Below are positions 47,137-59,769 of a DNA stretch of 64,000 nt, piece after piece (position 1 is the first letter of the stretch; each line of letters starts with the position of its first letter). Where the stretch lies: positions 53,382,001 to 53,446,000 of the forward strand of contig NC_091984.1 of assembly GCF_044704955.1 (NCBI RefSeq), read 5' to 3'. Position numbers and translations under genes: made by a program. The notes under the pieces are model-generated. The model ran no database searches. It worked only from the letters and a program-made list of their open reading frames with translations, and was not told the origin of the DNA. This DNA comes from Pristiophorus japonicus. Lineage: Eukaryota.

Positions 47137-49332
47137 AAGGTAACTTCGATGGTATGAGACGTGAATTGGCTAGGATAGACTGGCGAATGATATTGAAAGG
47201 GTTGACGGTAGATAGGCAATGGCAGACATTTAAAGATCACATGGATGAACTACGACAATTGTACATCTCTGTCTGCGGAAAAATAAAATGGGGAAGGTGG
47301 CTCAACCGTGGCTAACAAGGGAAATTAGGGATTTGTTAAATCCAAGGAAGTATATAAATTGGCCAGAAAAAGCAGCAAACCTGAGGACTGGGAGAAATTT
47401 AAAATTCAGCAGAGGAGGACTAAGGGTTTAATTAGGAGGGGAAAAATAGAGTATGAGAGTAAGCTTGCAGGGAACATAAAAACTGACTGCAAACGGTTAT
47501 ATAGATAAGTGAAGAGAAAAAGACTAATGTAGGGCCCTTGCAGTCAGAATCAGGTGAATTCATAATGGGGAACAAGGAAATGGCAGACCACTTGAACAAA
47601 TACTTTAGTTCTGTCTTCACTAAGGAAGACACAAATAACCTCCCGAAAATACTAGGGGACCGAGGGTCTAGCGAGAAGGGGGAACTGAGGGAAATCCTTA
47701 TTCGTCATAAAATGGTGTTTGGGAAATTGATGGGATTGAAGAGGCCGATAAATCCCCTGGGCCTGATAGTCTGCATTCCAGAGTACTTAAGAAAGTAGCC
47801 CTAGAAATAGTAGATGCATTGGTGGTCATTTTCCAACATGCCATGGACTCTGGATCAGTTCCTATGGATTGGAGGGTAGCTAATGTAACCCCACTTTTTT
47901 AAAAAGGAGGGAGAGAGAAAACAGGGAATTATAGACCAGTTAGCCTGACATCAGTAGTGGGGAAAATGCTGGAATCAATTATTAAAGATGTAATAGCAGC
48001 GCATTTGGAAAGCAGTGCCAGGATCGGTCCAAGTCAGCATGGATTTATGAAAGGGAAATTATGCTTGACAAATCTTCTAGAATTTTTTGAGGATGTAACT
48101 AGTAGAGTGGACAAGGGAGAAACCAGTGGATGTGATGTATTTGGACTTTCAAAAGGCGTTTGACAATGTCCCACACAAGAAATTACTGTGCAAAATTAAG
48201 GCACATGGGATTGGGGGTAATATATTGACGAGGATAGAGAACTGGTTGGCAGACAGGAAGCAAAGAGTGGGAATAAACCGGTCCTTTTCAGAATGGCAGA
48301 CAATCACTAGTGGGGTACCGCAAGGTTCAGTGCTGGGACCCCAGCTGTTTACAATATATATTAATGATTTAGACAAAGGTATTGAATGTAATATCTCCAA
48401 GTTTGCAGATGACACTAAGCTGGGTGGCAGTGTGAGCTGTGAGGAGGATGCTAAGAGGCTGCAGGGTGACTTGGACAGGTTAGGTGAGTGGGCAAATGCA
48501 TGGCAGATGCAGTATAATGTTGATAAGTGTGAGGTTATCCACTTTGGTGGCAAAAACAGGAAGGCAGATTATTATCTGAATGGTGACAGATTAGTAAAAG
48601 GGGAGGTACAACGAGACCTGGGTGTCATGGTACATCAAGTCATTGAAAGTAGGCATGCAGGTACAGCAGGCAGTTAAGAAAGCAAATGGCATGTTGGCCT
48701 TCATCGCGAGAGGATTTAAGTATAAGAGCAGGGAGATCTTGCTGCAGTTGTACAGGGCCTTGGTGAGACCACACCTTAAGTATTGTGTGCAGTTTTGGTC
48801 TCCTAATCTGAGAAAGGACATTCTTGCTATTGAGGGAGTGCAGCAAAGGTTTACCAGACTTATTCCTGGGATGGCAGGACTGACATATGAAGAAAGACTG
48901 GATCGACTAGGCTTATAGTCACTGGAATTTAGAAGAATGACAGAGGATCTCATAGACGAATGTAAAATTCTGACGAGATTGGACAGGTTAGATGCAGGAA
49001 GAATGTTCCCGATGTTGGGGAAGTCCAGAACCAGGGGTCACAGTCTAAGGATAAGGGGTGAGCCATCTAGGACGGAGATGAGGAGAAACTTTTTCACCCA
49101 GAGAATTGTGAACCTATGGAATTTTCTACCACAAAGTTGTTGAGTCCAGTTCGTTGGATATATTCAAAAGAGAGTTAGATGTGGCCCTTACGGCTAAAGG
49201 GATCAGGGGGTATGGAGAGAAGGCAGGAGTAGGGTAATGAAGTTGCATGATCAGCCATGATCATATTGAATGCTGGTGCAGACTCGAAGGGCCGAAATGC
49301 CTGCTCCTGCACCTATTTTCTATGTTTCTATG
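47137..49332 (+). mobile_element. CR1 LINE, 5'-truncated, frameshifted ORF2
   Basis: GNFDGMRRELA, YLDFQKAFD, GVPQGSVLGP, KFADDTK; tail TTTCTATG. Confidence 0.96.
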
Positions 49333-49344
49333 CTCCATTTGCAC

Positions 49345-50846
49345 TGTAAGGGGGCGATCTCTATGAGGGGGTCAGGTTCCCTTCTGACCAACTTGAGTGG
49401 TTCGAATCACTCCCACTCCCTTGGGTTCTGGACTCTGGATTTATTTGGGGGGGTGTGACAAAAGTGCAAAGGACACTGGTTTGATGCAAAAGAATTTTGT
49501 TTTTATTACAGTCAAGGAAATACAAGCGTATTACTCTTGTAAGAGAATACAAGGCCAAACTTACAATCCCTCTAATAAAGGACAATACAAGGAAAGGTAC
49601 AAGGTCAAACTTATAATCACTTTTAATAAAGAACCATGCACTACATATTCAAAGGGGGTTACAGTAAAATGATATCTCCCACCTCCCAATACTTAATTCT
49701 AGCTAGGTTGGACTCCAGGCCAGGCAGGATGCTTACCAATCCTTTTGACAGTTAATGGTAGATCGCAGTTTCATGGTTCACTGGATGCGGGTAGGGTCTG
49801 CTTGCTGTACCCTGAACGTCGGAGAAGACTTCTTGCTGCGCAATCTTCAGTTGGGTTGAGTCCGCTGATACGGTAAGGTGCGTGTTGGATCTATGGGGTA
49901 AGTACCTGGTTTCTTTGGCTAGAAATAAGTTTCTACAGTCTGTTAGGTAATGTTTTACCCGTTGGTAGGTCAGGATTAGATTGCAAAGTGGAAACTTTTC
50001 GATTCTTTGTTTTTTTTCCCGTTGGGGTTTCGTTCAAGTTTGGTTGATCGTGGTGGTTTTTCCGTTGATACCACGTTGACTGTGGCTGGTTGCTGCCGCG
50101 ATGGTGATGTTTTTCCTTCCTTCGGGACTTCAAGGCTGGAGAAGTTAGTTTACAACTGTTGCGTTGGTTTCTCTCCTTGTCTTGATGACAACAGCTTGAT
50201 CTCGGTTGCATAGCGAAGTGTGTCATACCCTCTATTGAAAACAGGGGCCAGTTATACGATTTCAGTGTTCTAATCTTGCCGCCAAATCAGTTCAAAATCC
50301 TTTGTATAATTTTGACAGGCTTGGTCCTTCTTTGTAATATTTTGGCGGGCTCTTTAAAAGTTGATATGTTTTGGGTGAGTTGATGTTCGAAAACTGTTTC
50401 CTGATGGAAATATTAGTTTGGTAATTGCAATGTCGTTTTGTGCTTAGTCTTTCGCAAACAGGCTGGATTGGGCCTCTTTGTAATGGATATGCTGAAATGG
50501 TTGTCCAGACCCATGTTGATGGGTAGCTACCTCTGGGTGATTTTGTGATGTTAATGTCTCTTGTGGAGAACGATTCTCGAATACTCATTCCTCCAGACAG
50601 GTTAACTTAGTTCTCACACCCAGGTAGCTTCACTTAATTCGACTGTCTCCTGCTAATTCCTTAGGTCCGCCCACAGCCTTGAGTTTGTCTTTTAAAATCC
50701 AAAATTCTATTAAAGTTCGTAGTTTCTTTCACAAGCACTTTAGAGTTCCAAACTTTTCGATAGATAGTCCCAAATTAAATTTCCTTCTGAATGAGCGCAA
50801 ACAGTGGGGGGGGGGGGGGTTTCTTGTGAATTTTGCACCTGCTTCA
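49345..50846 (-). mobile_element. Solo LTR, copy 2 (1502 bp)
   Basis: TGTAAGGG...GCTTCA; flanks GCAC/GTAC (4-bp TSD, one transition); homologous to 20772-22054 plus ~340 bp (about 49763-50101) absent from copy 1. Confidence 0.87.
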
Positions 50847-51494
50847 GTACCCAGCATCAGCTTTGAAGGCTGAGCCAAATTTTTACGTCCAAATTTCAAA
50901 AAACTATTTTAACTCCTGCTAATAAGGTTTAAACTATGTTTCCTATTTTAATGACACTCAGTACATTCTGTTTTTATTATGATGAATAACTAACTTAAAA
51001 TAATTAATTCTTATGTAAATTAATTTAATTTGAAAATAGACTTTTCCCAACAACTCAAATTGTAGGCTTTAACTTTATGAAAACATAAATGGTTTAATTA
51101 TATTGATATGGTTTAATGATTTTTAATTAGATCTAATTAGCACATGTAAATGTAGATGGTCACAGTATAGATTTTTGTATCTACATAATAAGGCTTTTAT
51201 CAAATTTTATTTACTTGACTTTCCCAGTCATTTTACATTTTTAAGTAAAAAGGAGTAACTTTGAAAGAAAATTGATCTTTGATCAATCCAGTTGTATATG
51301 TGGGAAGCGATTTTCATATGTCTACCGCCCTGTTTATGCTGGACAATGGGGCAGCAGGCAAACAAAAACATTTTTTTTCAAAACATGTTCCACTCATTGG
51401 CCACCTTAGGTGCAACTGACTCAATTTTTGAACGCCCATCAGAATGGGTGGCCAGTGGTCCCATCTGAAGTAGGCAGGAGCCTTATTTCAGTAT

Positions 51495-51642
51495 TTAAAT
51501 TGGATATTAAGGGAATCAAGAGATTTGGGGATAGTGCAGGAAAGTGGAGTTGAGGTAGAAGATCAGCCATGATCTTATTAAATGGCGGAGCAGTCTGGAG
51601 GGGCCGAATGGCCTAATCCTGCTCCTATTTCTTATGTTCTTA
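51495..51642 (+). mobile_element. CR1 3' tail, apparently inside an old Harbinger-type MITE (~51302-52001)
   Basis: GATCAGCCATGATCTTATT..CCTATTTCTTATGTTCTTA; MITE-like ends GGGAAGCGATTTTC and AAAATCACCCC. Confidence 0.75.
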
Positions 51643-53709
51643 AACAGAGCTCCAGTGCCCATTGCCGGACTTTGATGTGACATTTGTGGACCAATATGTG
51701 GGGTGTGGGCTGTGCATGTCCCGTTCCTTGGTCTCTGATGTGGTACAAATGCTTCAAACACATATCTGCGCCCGCCCCCAGGACCAGACTCTCTGCCAGC
51801 TCAGCATAGGAACTAAGTGACTTCTTGCCCTCTTGCACTCCATCTTGGAGTGCCTGTTCTGTACGCATAGCTCCCTGGCCATATGCTAATGAAGGCCCAA
51901 ACACCAAGATGGTTTTGGCCTCTCACTGGTGCATTTGGATGGGCGAGACAATCACAATGCCTGTTGCCCATCCAATTAGTTAACCAGACTAAAATCACCC
52001 CTTGGTGTTTTCCTAAGTTTCAAAAATTTGACAACATGTTGCCAGCATCACAGGCTATTTTATTAGATTCGGGCAATACTTTTTGTGGCTTTTACCAATT
52101 TTTTAAAAAAAGAGACCATATAGTAGTTTTATTGGATAAATCTTGAAAATGCAAGGTATGCTTATGTCTGAAACTGCAAATACCCATTACGTAGTCCATG
52201 TTGTTGCCATGTTTTACTATATTATGAGGTATAGACATGAATAAAAACTGAAATAAGCTCCTTATGAAGACTATTTGCTTTTATCTGAAATATTTCTATT
52301 TTCTTCACACTTCAGAGGAAATATATCCAAAAATTGATAACATTATTTTAGTTAATAACACGTATAAAGAAAGAACCTATTTATCCTGCAGTAGTGCAGT
52401 CGTTGGAGGAGCAGCAACAGATAAAAACCTAATATAGTCCCAATAATATAATTTTTCCAAGTTTTCTTTGTATATTTCTTAAGATTATCTCTCCCGCCGC
52501 CACAATAAAATGGCCATAGTAATTTTCAAAAATGTGCTGTATAAACCAGTGAAGTGATTGATACAGTTGAAGCTGGTTAACCAGAATACACTGGTGGAAA
52601 CAAAATCATTTCATTTATCAGGCAATCTCCATTAAACAAAGCCAATCTGCACTGATTTAAATACTTTAGGAATTAATTGGTGTCTAAGAAAATCTTTCCT
52701 ATAAAGGAATATCTCCATCAGTTACAGTTCCTTCCTCCATTAACAGACATCAATTATAGAATGTTACAGATGCAAGGATCAAACAAATGTTGAGGTTTTG
52801 AATGGAGAATTCAGCATGTTTTAAAAAGCATCATTTACCTTTGAAACCTTGTACATTATAACGATACAACACACAGACAACTGCTATTGCATTTCCTCTG
52901 CCTTGTGTTACATTCTAGATCCCCTGTGGCTACCTGCTGCTCAGAATGCAGGAGGACATGTTGCTGACATTTATACTGGAGTACAAGTAGTCTTATTCAT
53001 GGAGTTGCCTGGAGCTAGCATGTTCCCTCACCATTGAGCAAAATGACAAGATGCATATCTGACTGCTTATGACCATGATTCTTTGCCAGGACTTCAGCCT
53101 GGAGTTATCAGATGACTGCTAACAGCTTTTTCTAAAAAAAAATCAGCACTTACCTCAGTCAAAAACAGAAAAATTGCACCCTTGCTACGTCTGTACAGCT
53201 GCTGTCAGAATGGAACCTTTATCAAATTGAAGAATGCTATGAAATTCATACTGTATATTATGTTTAGGGGGGAAAGATAAAGGTCTGTAATATTCACAAG
53301 GTATCCGATTCCCTTGTAACATTCAATGAAGTAAAACTTGATATCACTGCAATTCATAGCATGTGCTAGAACAGCACTTCAATTCATGATGCCTGCAAAT
53401 GGCAAATAAAGTCTTACTGAAAATGGAATAAAACCAACCCCAATACGTTATAAAAAATATCAAAAGTTGGAGTGTGTTATAAAGATATGACACATTTCAG
53501 GGTCCGGAAAATGTTAATAAAAACTGATTTATGACATCATCTGAACCCATTGATGTGTAACTACTTTGTAATACATTCAATCTTATTTGTTATCCTTATA
53601 TATATATATATATATTCTGACTATGATTTCTTAATGATCAGCTGTGGGTTATCATTTGATGAGCTTTCCCTACTTAAAGGGAGTACTCTCTTTTTTTCAT
53701 TTATATCAG

Positions 53710-54480
53710 GAGTGAGGCTATTTTCCACTCCACAGTGTTCAGCTCCATTCACCACAACTCCATTAATAAAGCAGTACAACAGGATCTAAATAACATCCAC
53801 GCTTGGGCTCACAATTAGCAGGTAACATTTGTACCACACAAGTGCTAGGTAATGACCATCTCGAAGAAGGGATGACCCAACCATCTCCCCAACAGCTCCA
53901 CTATCATCGAGTCCCCCTTCATCAACATCTTGAAAGTCACCATTGACCAGAACTGCATCAGCCATGACAACACCTCGAGCAGTGCAGATGACGTGACGTG
54001 TGATGAGTGGTTCACTTTATGACTCCACCAAGCACCTCCATCAACTATAAGGTTCAAGTTATGAGTATGATGGAATACTCATCATTTGTCTGTTGCAAGC
54101 CGTAACAACACTCAAGAAACGTGACACCATCCAGGACTGTGCAATTCGCTTGATTGATGCCCCTGCCACTGGACTCGATACTTACTCCTTCTACCACTGT
54201 GGCAGCCATATGTACAATCTGCAGGATGGATTGAAACAACACACCAACGTTTCTTCCACTGTAGCTCTCTCCCTGTGACCTCTACCACTAAGAAGGACCA
54301 GAACAATAATATTGTTAGAACATCATCACCTCAAAGTTTCCCGCCAAGCCACACACTATCATGACTTGGGCATATATCGCTGTTCCTTCTTCGTTGTGAG
54401 GTCCATATCCTGGAATTCCTTACCGAACATAATTGTGGGAACGCCATCACCACAAGAATTATTGTGATTCAGGGAGAAGG
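53710..54480 (+). mobile_element. Old CR1-Zenon-like LINE 3' fragment
   Basis: Colinear with 16570-17350 (CCACACAAGTGC..ATGACCATCTC; CAACACTCAAGAA..ACACCATCCAG). Confidence 0.8.
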
Positions 54481-54721
54481 CAAAAATGCAAAACATGGTA
54501 GACTAACCTATAAACTGACTGCAACATAAGCCATGAGGCAAATTGCAGCAAAATATGACTACATGAGGCCTCGTGCTGCTGGCAGAAAATCAGTCCTTTG
54601 GTGCTTCATTGTGTGTGCGCCCCCCCCCCCCCCCCCCCAGCCCAATCATGATGCTGATCCTAACTGCAACTTTTCAGTATGTAACTTAACCAGCTATTTA
54701 CACTGGAAAACCATAAGCAAT

Positions 54722-55506
54722 GGGGGGAATTTTAACCTCAGAAAAGGTAGCTTGGGGTTGAGTTTTAATTCTGAATCCTAACCCCACCCATCTCCAACCC
54801 TTCCACTTCCGGTTTTAATGGAGGTGGGACGGGGCCGGGCTGACAACCCGCTCGCCGGAGGTGGGTTGACACTTTAAATATTATAAAGAGGCTCTGCGCC
54901 TCATAGTGATCCACCATTTAAAATTTAACTGTAGGCAGGCGGGTGTCCCCAGCCTCGTGAAACCCACTAGCTAAAGGGAGACAAGGACTGCTGGTGCCTT
55001 TCCCCTTACCTGCTGAATTCAGCACCCTGCCCCGTCAACCCCCTGCAATCAGACATGGCTGGCCCTTCCGATCGCCCCCCTCAACCCCTCGCCTCCCTGA
55101 TGCCTACGATCTTCAGCCCCGGACACCCCCCTCCAGTCTTCCAACATCACCTCTTCGGCCTTCCGACTTCCCCCTTCCGGCCCCCGATCACCTTCCGACG
55201 TCGCCCCGCCGGCTGCCGATCACCTTCCAACTTCCAATCTCTCTCTTTCCCCACCCCCCACCCGCCACAATCCCTCCTCTCTGTGGTGCTGCAGGGTATG
55301 CCTCCCTGCCCGCCAGACAGCCAGCCTCTCCATCTGGCTGGCTGCGGGTGGGAAAGAGATACTCGAAATGCTAATCAGGCCCTGACATTAAATTCGGCAT
55401 GGCCTACAGGAAACCTGTTCCCCCAGGTTTCTTGGCTGCTTTCCAGCCCCCGCCCCCCCCCTCCACCCCGTCTCCCTACCCACCTCCAAATTAAATTTTC
55501 TGGCCC
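54722..55506. mobile_element. Probable Harbinger-derived non-autonomous element with C-rich low-complexity core
   Basis: Ends GGGGGGAATTTTAA and TTAAATTTTCTGGCCC; a similar fragment lies at ~55817-56106. Confidence 0.45.
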
Positions 55507-56139
55507 ATATTACTCCGAGAACTAATTTAAGTGTATAACAATAAGTAAGTGAATGCTCATAAGATGTCCTTGTTGTACTAGTTTCATGCCACTGATAGAG
55601 CTGTGAATGTGCTATTTTAATCTCAGTATGGAATTGCTGAACCTAAGATGTCTTCAACTGTTTAACCTGCACCAACACCCATCAGTTGTGACATATAGCA
55701 GTGCTGGTGTAACATTGTATTGGATCCTGCAGTTAGACTGAATACAATATCGTGTAGTGCATTGGGCTTTCCATGCTCTTACTTAAAAGTCTAAACCCCC
55801 AAGAGCATTGCCAATAGCCTAGAAATTCGTCTCGGGCGGTGGTGCAAAAAGGTGGGTATTGGATTGGCCACCCGTTACATGCATAGTCAGTTCCATTGCT
55901 GTCAATCCAACTGACTATCAGGCGCTGTGTACAACGGGCGGCCGATCTGATAACGCCTGTTTTGCGTTACCGCCCAATAAATATTTCTCGGCCATTGTCT
56001 TTGGCCCCATCCACGAACTGTGCTCCCTTGCTGTTAACTTCATCTTTCTTTCTGGCCATATCGCACCCTGAACGAGATCATTTGTAATTTTGCTGTTCTA
56101 TTTGGCCCTGTGCTGATCTTTAAACCCTACATCCTAACC

Positions 56140-56727
56140 AACACAGAGACCACTTTCAATTCTGCAACATTGCCAGCCTCCCCCTATCCCATACCTCAGC
56201 CCCTCCACTGCTGAAATCTTCATACATGCCTTTGTCTTCTCCAGACTCAAATACTTTCCTCGCTGGTCTCCCATCCTCCACTCTATAAATTCCAGTGTCC
56301 CAAATTCTGACACATATATCTTGTCCCTCACTCAGAGCTGTTCACCCATCACTCCATCTTTGCTGACCTACACTGGTTTCCCATTCCCAATGTTTAAATT
56401 TATAATTTCCAATGTTCTTTCCCCATCCTATCTCTGCAATCTTCACCAGCCCTATATCCCCTCCCGAATGTTCAAGTCCTCTGACTTCAGCGCTCTGTAT
56501 GACCTCACTGAGACTGACCTTTGATGGAAAGCCTTTAGCTGTCTGTGTCCTACTCTGTGGGACTTCCTCCCTAAACCTTTCTGCCTTTGCAACTTTGTCT
56601 CCATCTTTAAAATCTCTTCAAAACCCATCTCTTCAACCAAGTTATTGGTCAGCCCTCCTAATCTCTCCCGATACCGTGGGACGCTTTTTATATTAAAAGT
56701 ACTATATAAATGCAAGTTGTTATTGTT
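56140..56727 (+). mobile_element. L2 LINE 3' end
   Basis: YLSPSTAEIFIHAFVFSRL, SPITP..LHWF (L2 C-terminal motifs); tail TATATAAATGCAAGTTGTTATTG. Confidence 0.8.
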
Positions 56728-58365
56728 AATGGGAGGTAGATGCAATGGCTTCCTCTGAAATTTAGAGCATCACATAGAAACATAGAAAATAGGTGCAGGA
56801 GTAGGCCATTCAGCCCTTCAAGTCTGCACCACCATTCAATATGATCATGGCTGATCATGCAACTTTAGTACCCCTTTCCTGCTTTCTCTCCCTTGATCCC
56901 TTTAGCAGTAAGGGCCACATCTAGCTCCCTTTTGAATATATCTAACAAACTGGCCTCAACAACTTTCTGTGGTAGAGAATTCCACAGTTTCACAATTCTC
57001 TGAGTGAAGATGTTTCTCCTCATCTCTGTACTAAATGGCTTACCCCTTATCCTTAGACTGTGACCCCTGGTTCTGGACTTCCCCAACATCGGGAACATTC
57101 CTCCTGCATCAAACCTGTCCAATCCCATCAGAATTGTATATGTTTCTATGAGATCCCCTCTCATTCTTCTAAATTCCAGTGAATATAAGCCTAGTCGATC
57201 CAGTCTTCATATGTCAATCCTGCCATCCCGAGAATCAGTCTGGTTAACCTTCGCTGCACACCCTCAATAGCAAGAATGTCCTCCTTCAGATTAGGGGACC
57301 AAAACTGTACACAATATTCAAGGCGTGGCCTCATCAAGGCCCTGCACAACTACAGTAAGACCTCCCTGCTCCTATACTCAAATCCACTTGCTATGAAGGC
57401 CAACATGCCGTTTGGCGTCTTCACTATCTTGCTCTACCTGCATGACAACTTTCAATGACTGATGTACCATGACACCCAGGTCTCGTTGCAGCTCCCCTTT
57501 TACTAATCTGTCACCATTCAGATAATATTCTGCCTTCCTGTTTTTGCCACCAAAGTGGATAACCTCACATTTATCTACATTACACTGCATCTGCCATGCA
57601 TTTGCCCACTCACCTAACCTTTCGGAGTCACCCTGCAGCCTCTTAGCATCCTCCTCACAACTCACACTGCCACCCAGCTTAGTGTCATCTGCAAACTTAG
57701 AGCTATTACATTCAATTCCTTCGTCTAAATCGTTAATGTATATTGTAAATAGCTGGGGTCCCAGCATTGAACCTTGCGGTACCCCACTAGTCACTGCCTG
57801 CCAACTCTCTGCTTCCTGTCTGCCAACCAGTTCTCTATCCATGTCAGTACATTACCCCCAATACCATGTGCTTTAATTTTGCATATTAATCTCTTGTGTG
57901 GGACCTTGTCAAAAGCCTTTTGAAAGTTCAAATACACCACATCCACTGGTTCTCCCTTATCCACTCAAAAAAAATTCTAGAAGATTTGTCAAGCATGATT
58001 TCCCTTTCACAAATCCATGCTGACTTGGACTGATCCTGTCACTGCTTTCCAAATGCGCTGCTATTACATCTTTAATAATTGATTCCAGCATTTTCCCACT
58101 ACCGATGTCAGGCTAACCGGTCTATAATTCCCTGTTTTCTCTCTCCCTCCTTTTTAAAAAAGTGGGGTTACATTAGCTACCCTCCAATCCATAGGAACTG
58201 ATCCAGAGTCCATGGAATGTTGGAAAATGACCACCAATGCATCCACAATTTCTAGGGCCACTTCCTTAAGTACTCTGGGATGCAGACTATCAGACCCTGG
58301 GGATTTATCGGCCTTCAATCCCATTAATTTCCCTAACACAATTTCCTGACTAATAAGGATTTCCT

Positions 58366-59730
58366 TCACTTCCCCCTAGTATTTCCGGAAAGGTTATTTG
58401 TGTCTTCCTTAATGAAGACAGAACCAAAGTATTTGTTCAATTGGTCTGCCATTTCTTTGTTCCCCATTATAAATTCACCTGATTCTGACTGCAAGGGACC
58501 TACATTAGTCTTCACTAATCTTTTTCTCTTCACATATCTATAGAAGCTTTTGCAGTTAGTTTTTATGTTCCCTGCAAGCTTACTCTCATACTTTATTTTC
58601 CATCTCCTAATTAAACCCTTAGTTCTCCTCTGCTGAATTCTAAATTTCTCCCAGTCCTCAGGTTTGCTGCTTTTTCTGGCCAATTTATATGCCTCTTCCT
58701 TGGATTTAATACTATCCCTAATTTCCCTTGTTAGCCACGGTTGAACTACCTTCCCTGTTTTATTTTTATGCCAGACAGGGATGTATAATTGTTGTAGTTC
58801 ATCCATGTGATCCTTAAATGTCTGCCATTGCCTATCCACCGTCAACCCTTTAAGTATCATTCGGCAGTCTATCCTAGCCAATTCACGTCTCATACCTTCG
58901 AAATTACCTTTCTTTAAGTTCAGGACCCTAGTCCCTGAATTAACTGTGTCACTCTCCATCTTAATGAAGAATTCTACCATATTATGGTCACTCTTCCCCA
59001 AGGGGCCTTGCACAACATGATTGCTTATGAATCCTCTCTCGTTACACAACACCCAGTCCAGGATGGCCAGCTCTCTAGTTGGTTCCTCGACATATTGTTC
59101 TAGAAAACCATCCCTCATACACTCCAGGAAATCCTCCTCCACCGTATTGCTACCAGTTTGGTTAGCCCAATCTATATGGAAATTAAAGTCACCCATGATA
59201 ACTGCTGTACCTTTATTGCACGCATTCCTAATTTCCTGTTTGATGCCATCCCCCACCTCACCATTACTGTTTGGTGGTCTGTACACAACTTCCACTAGCG
59301 TTTTCTGCCCTTTGGTGTTCAGCAGCTCTACCCATACAGATTCTATATCATCCAAGCTAATGTCCTTCCTTACTATTGCGTTAATCTCCTCTTTAACCAG
59401 CAACACCACCCCACCTCCTTTTCCTTCCTGTCTATCCTTCCTGAATATTGAATACCCCTGGATGTTGAGTTCCCAGCCATGGTCATCCTGGAACCATGCC
59501 TCTGTAATCCCAATTACATCATATCTGTTAACAGCTATCTGCGCAGTTAATTCATCCTCTTTATTACGAATGCTCCTTGCATTGAGACACAGAGCCTTCA
59601 GGCTTGTTTTTTTGACACTCTTTGTCCTTTTAGAATTATGTTGTAATGTGGCCCTTTTTGATTTTTGCCTTTGATTTCTCTGCCCTCCACTTTTCCCTAT
59701 CTCCTTTCCACCTTTTGTTTCTGACCCCAT
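58366..59730 (-). CDS. CR1 ORF2 N-terminal APE-like endonuclease region (frameshifted from RT)
   Basis: CLNARSIRNK, GITEAW, RKDR..GGGV, VYRPP, MGDFN, LDWV, SDHN. Confidence 0.88.
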   Translation of the reverse strand: MGSETKGGKEIGKSGGQRNQRQKSKRATLQHNSKRTKSVKKTSLKALCLNARSIRNKEDELTAQIAVNRYDVIGITEAWFQDDHGWELNIQGYSIFRKDRQEGKGGGVVLLVKEEINAIVRKDISLDDIESVWVELLNTKGQKTLVEVVYRPPNSNGEVGDGIKQEIRNACNKGTAVIMGDFNFHIDWANQTGSNTVEEDFLECMRDGFLEQYVEEPTRELAILDWVLCNERGFISNHVVQGPLGKSDHNMVEFFIKMESDTVNSGTRVLNLKKGNFEGMRRELARIDCRMILKGLTVDRQWQTFKDHMDELQQLYIPVWHKNKTGKVVQPWLTREIRDSIKSKEEAYKLARKSSKPEDWEKFRIQQRRTKGLIRRWKIKYESKLAGNIKTNCKSFYRYVKRKRLVKTNVGPLQSESGEFIMGNKEMADQLNKYFGSVFIKEDTNNLSGNTRGK

Positions 59731-59769
59731 TTTATTTCCCTCTGTCTCCCTGCATAGATTCCCATCCCC

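Noticed and set aside
50292-50588. 98-aa ORF in U3 of the solo LTR as a viral accessory gene
   Set aside because: Copy 1 differs by several non-triplet indels that swap frames and by many amino-acid changes; no evidence of coding constraint.
59021-59674. Antisense ORFs over LINE/Gypsy coding regions (also 37690-38094, 26999-27637)
   Set aside because: Shadow frames of TE ORFs with no independent motifs.
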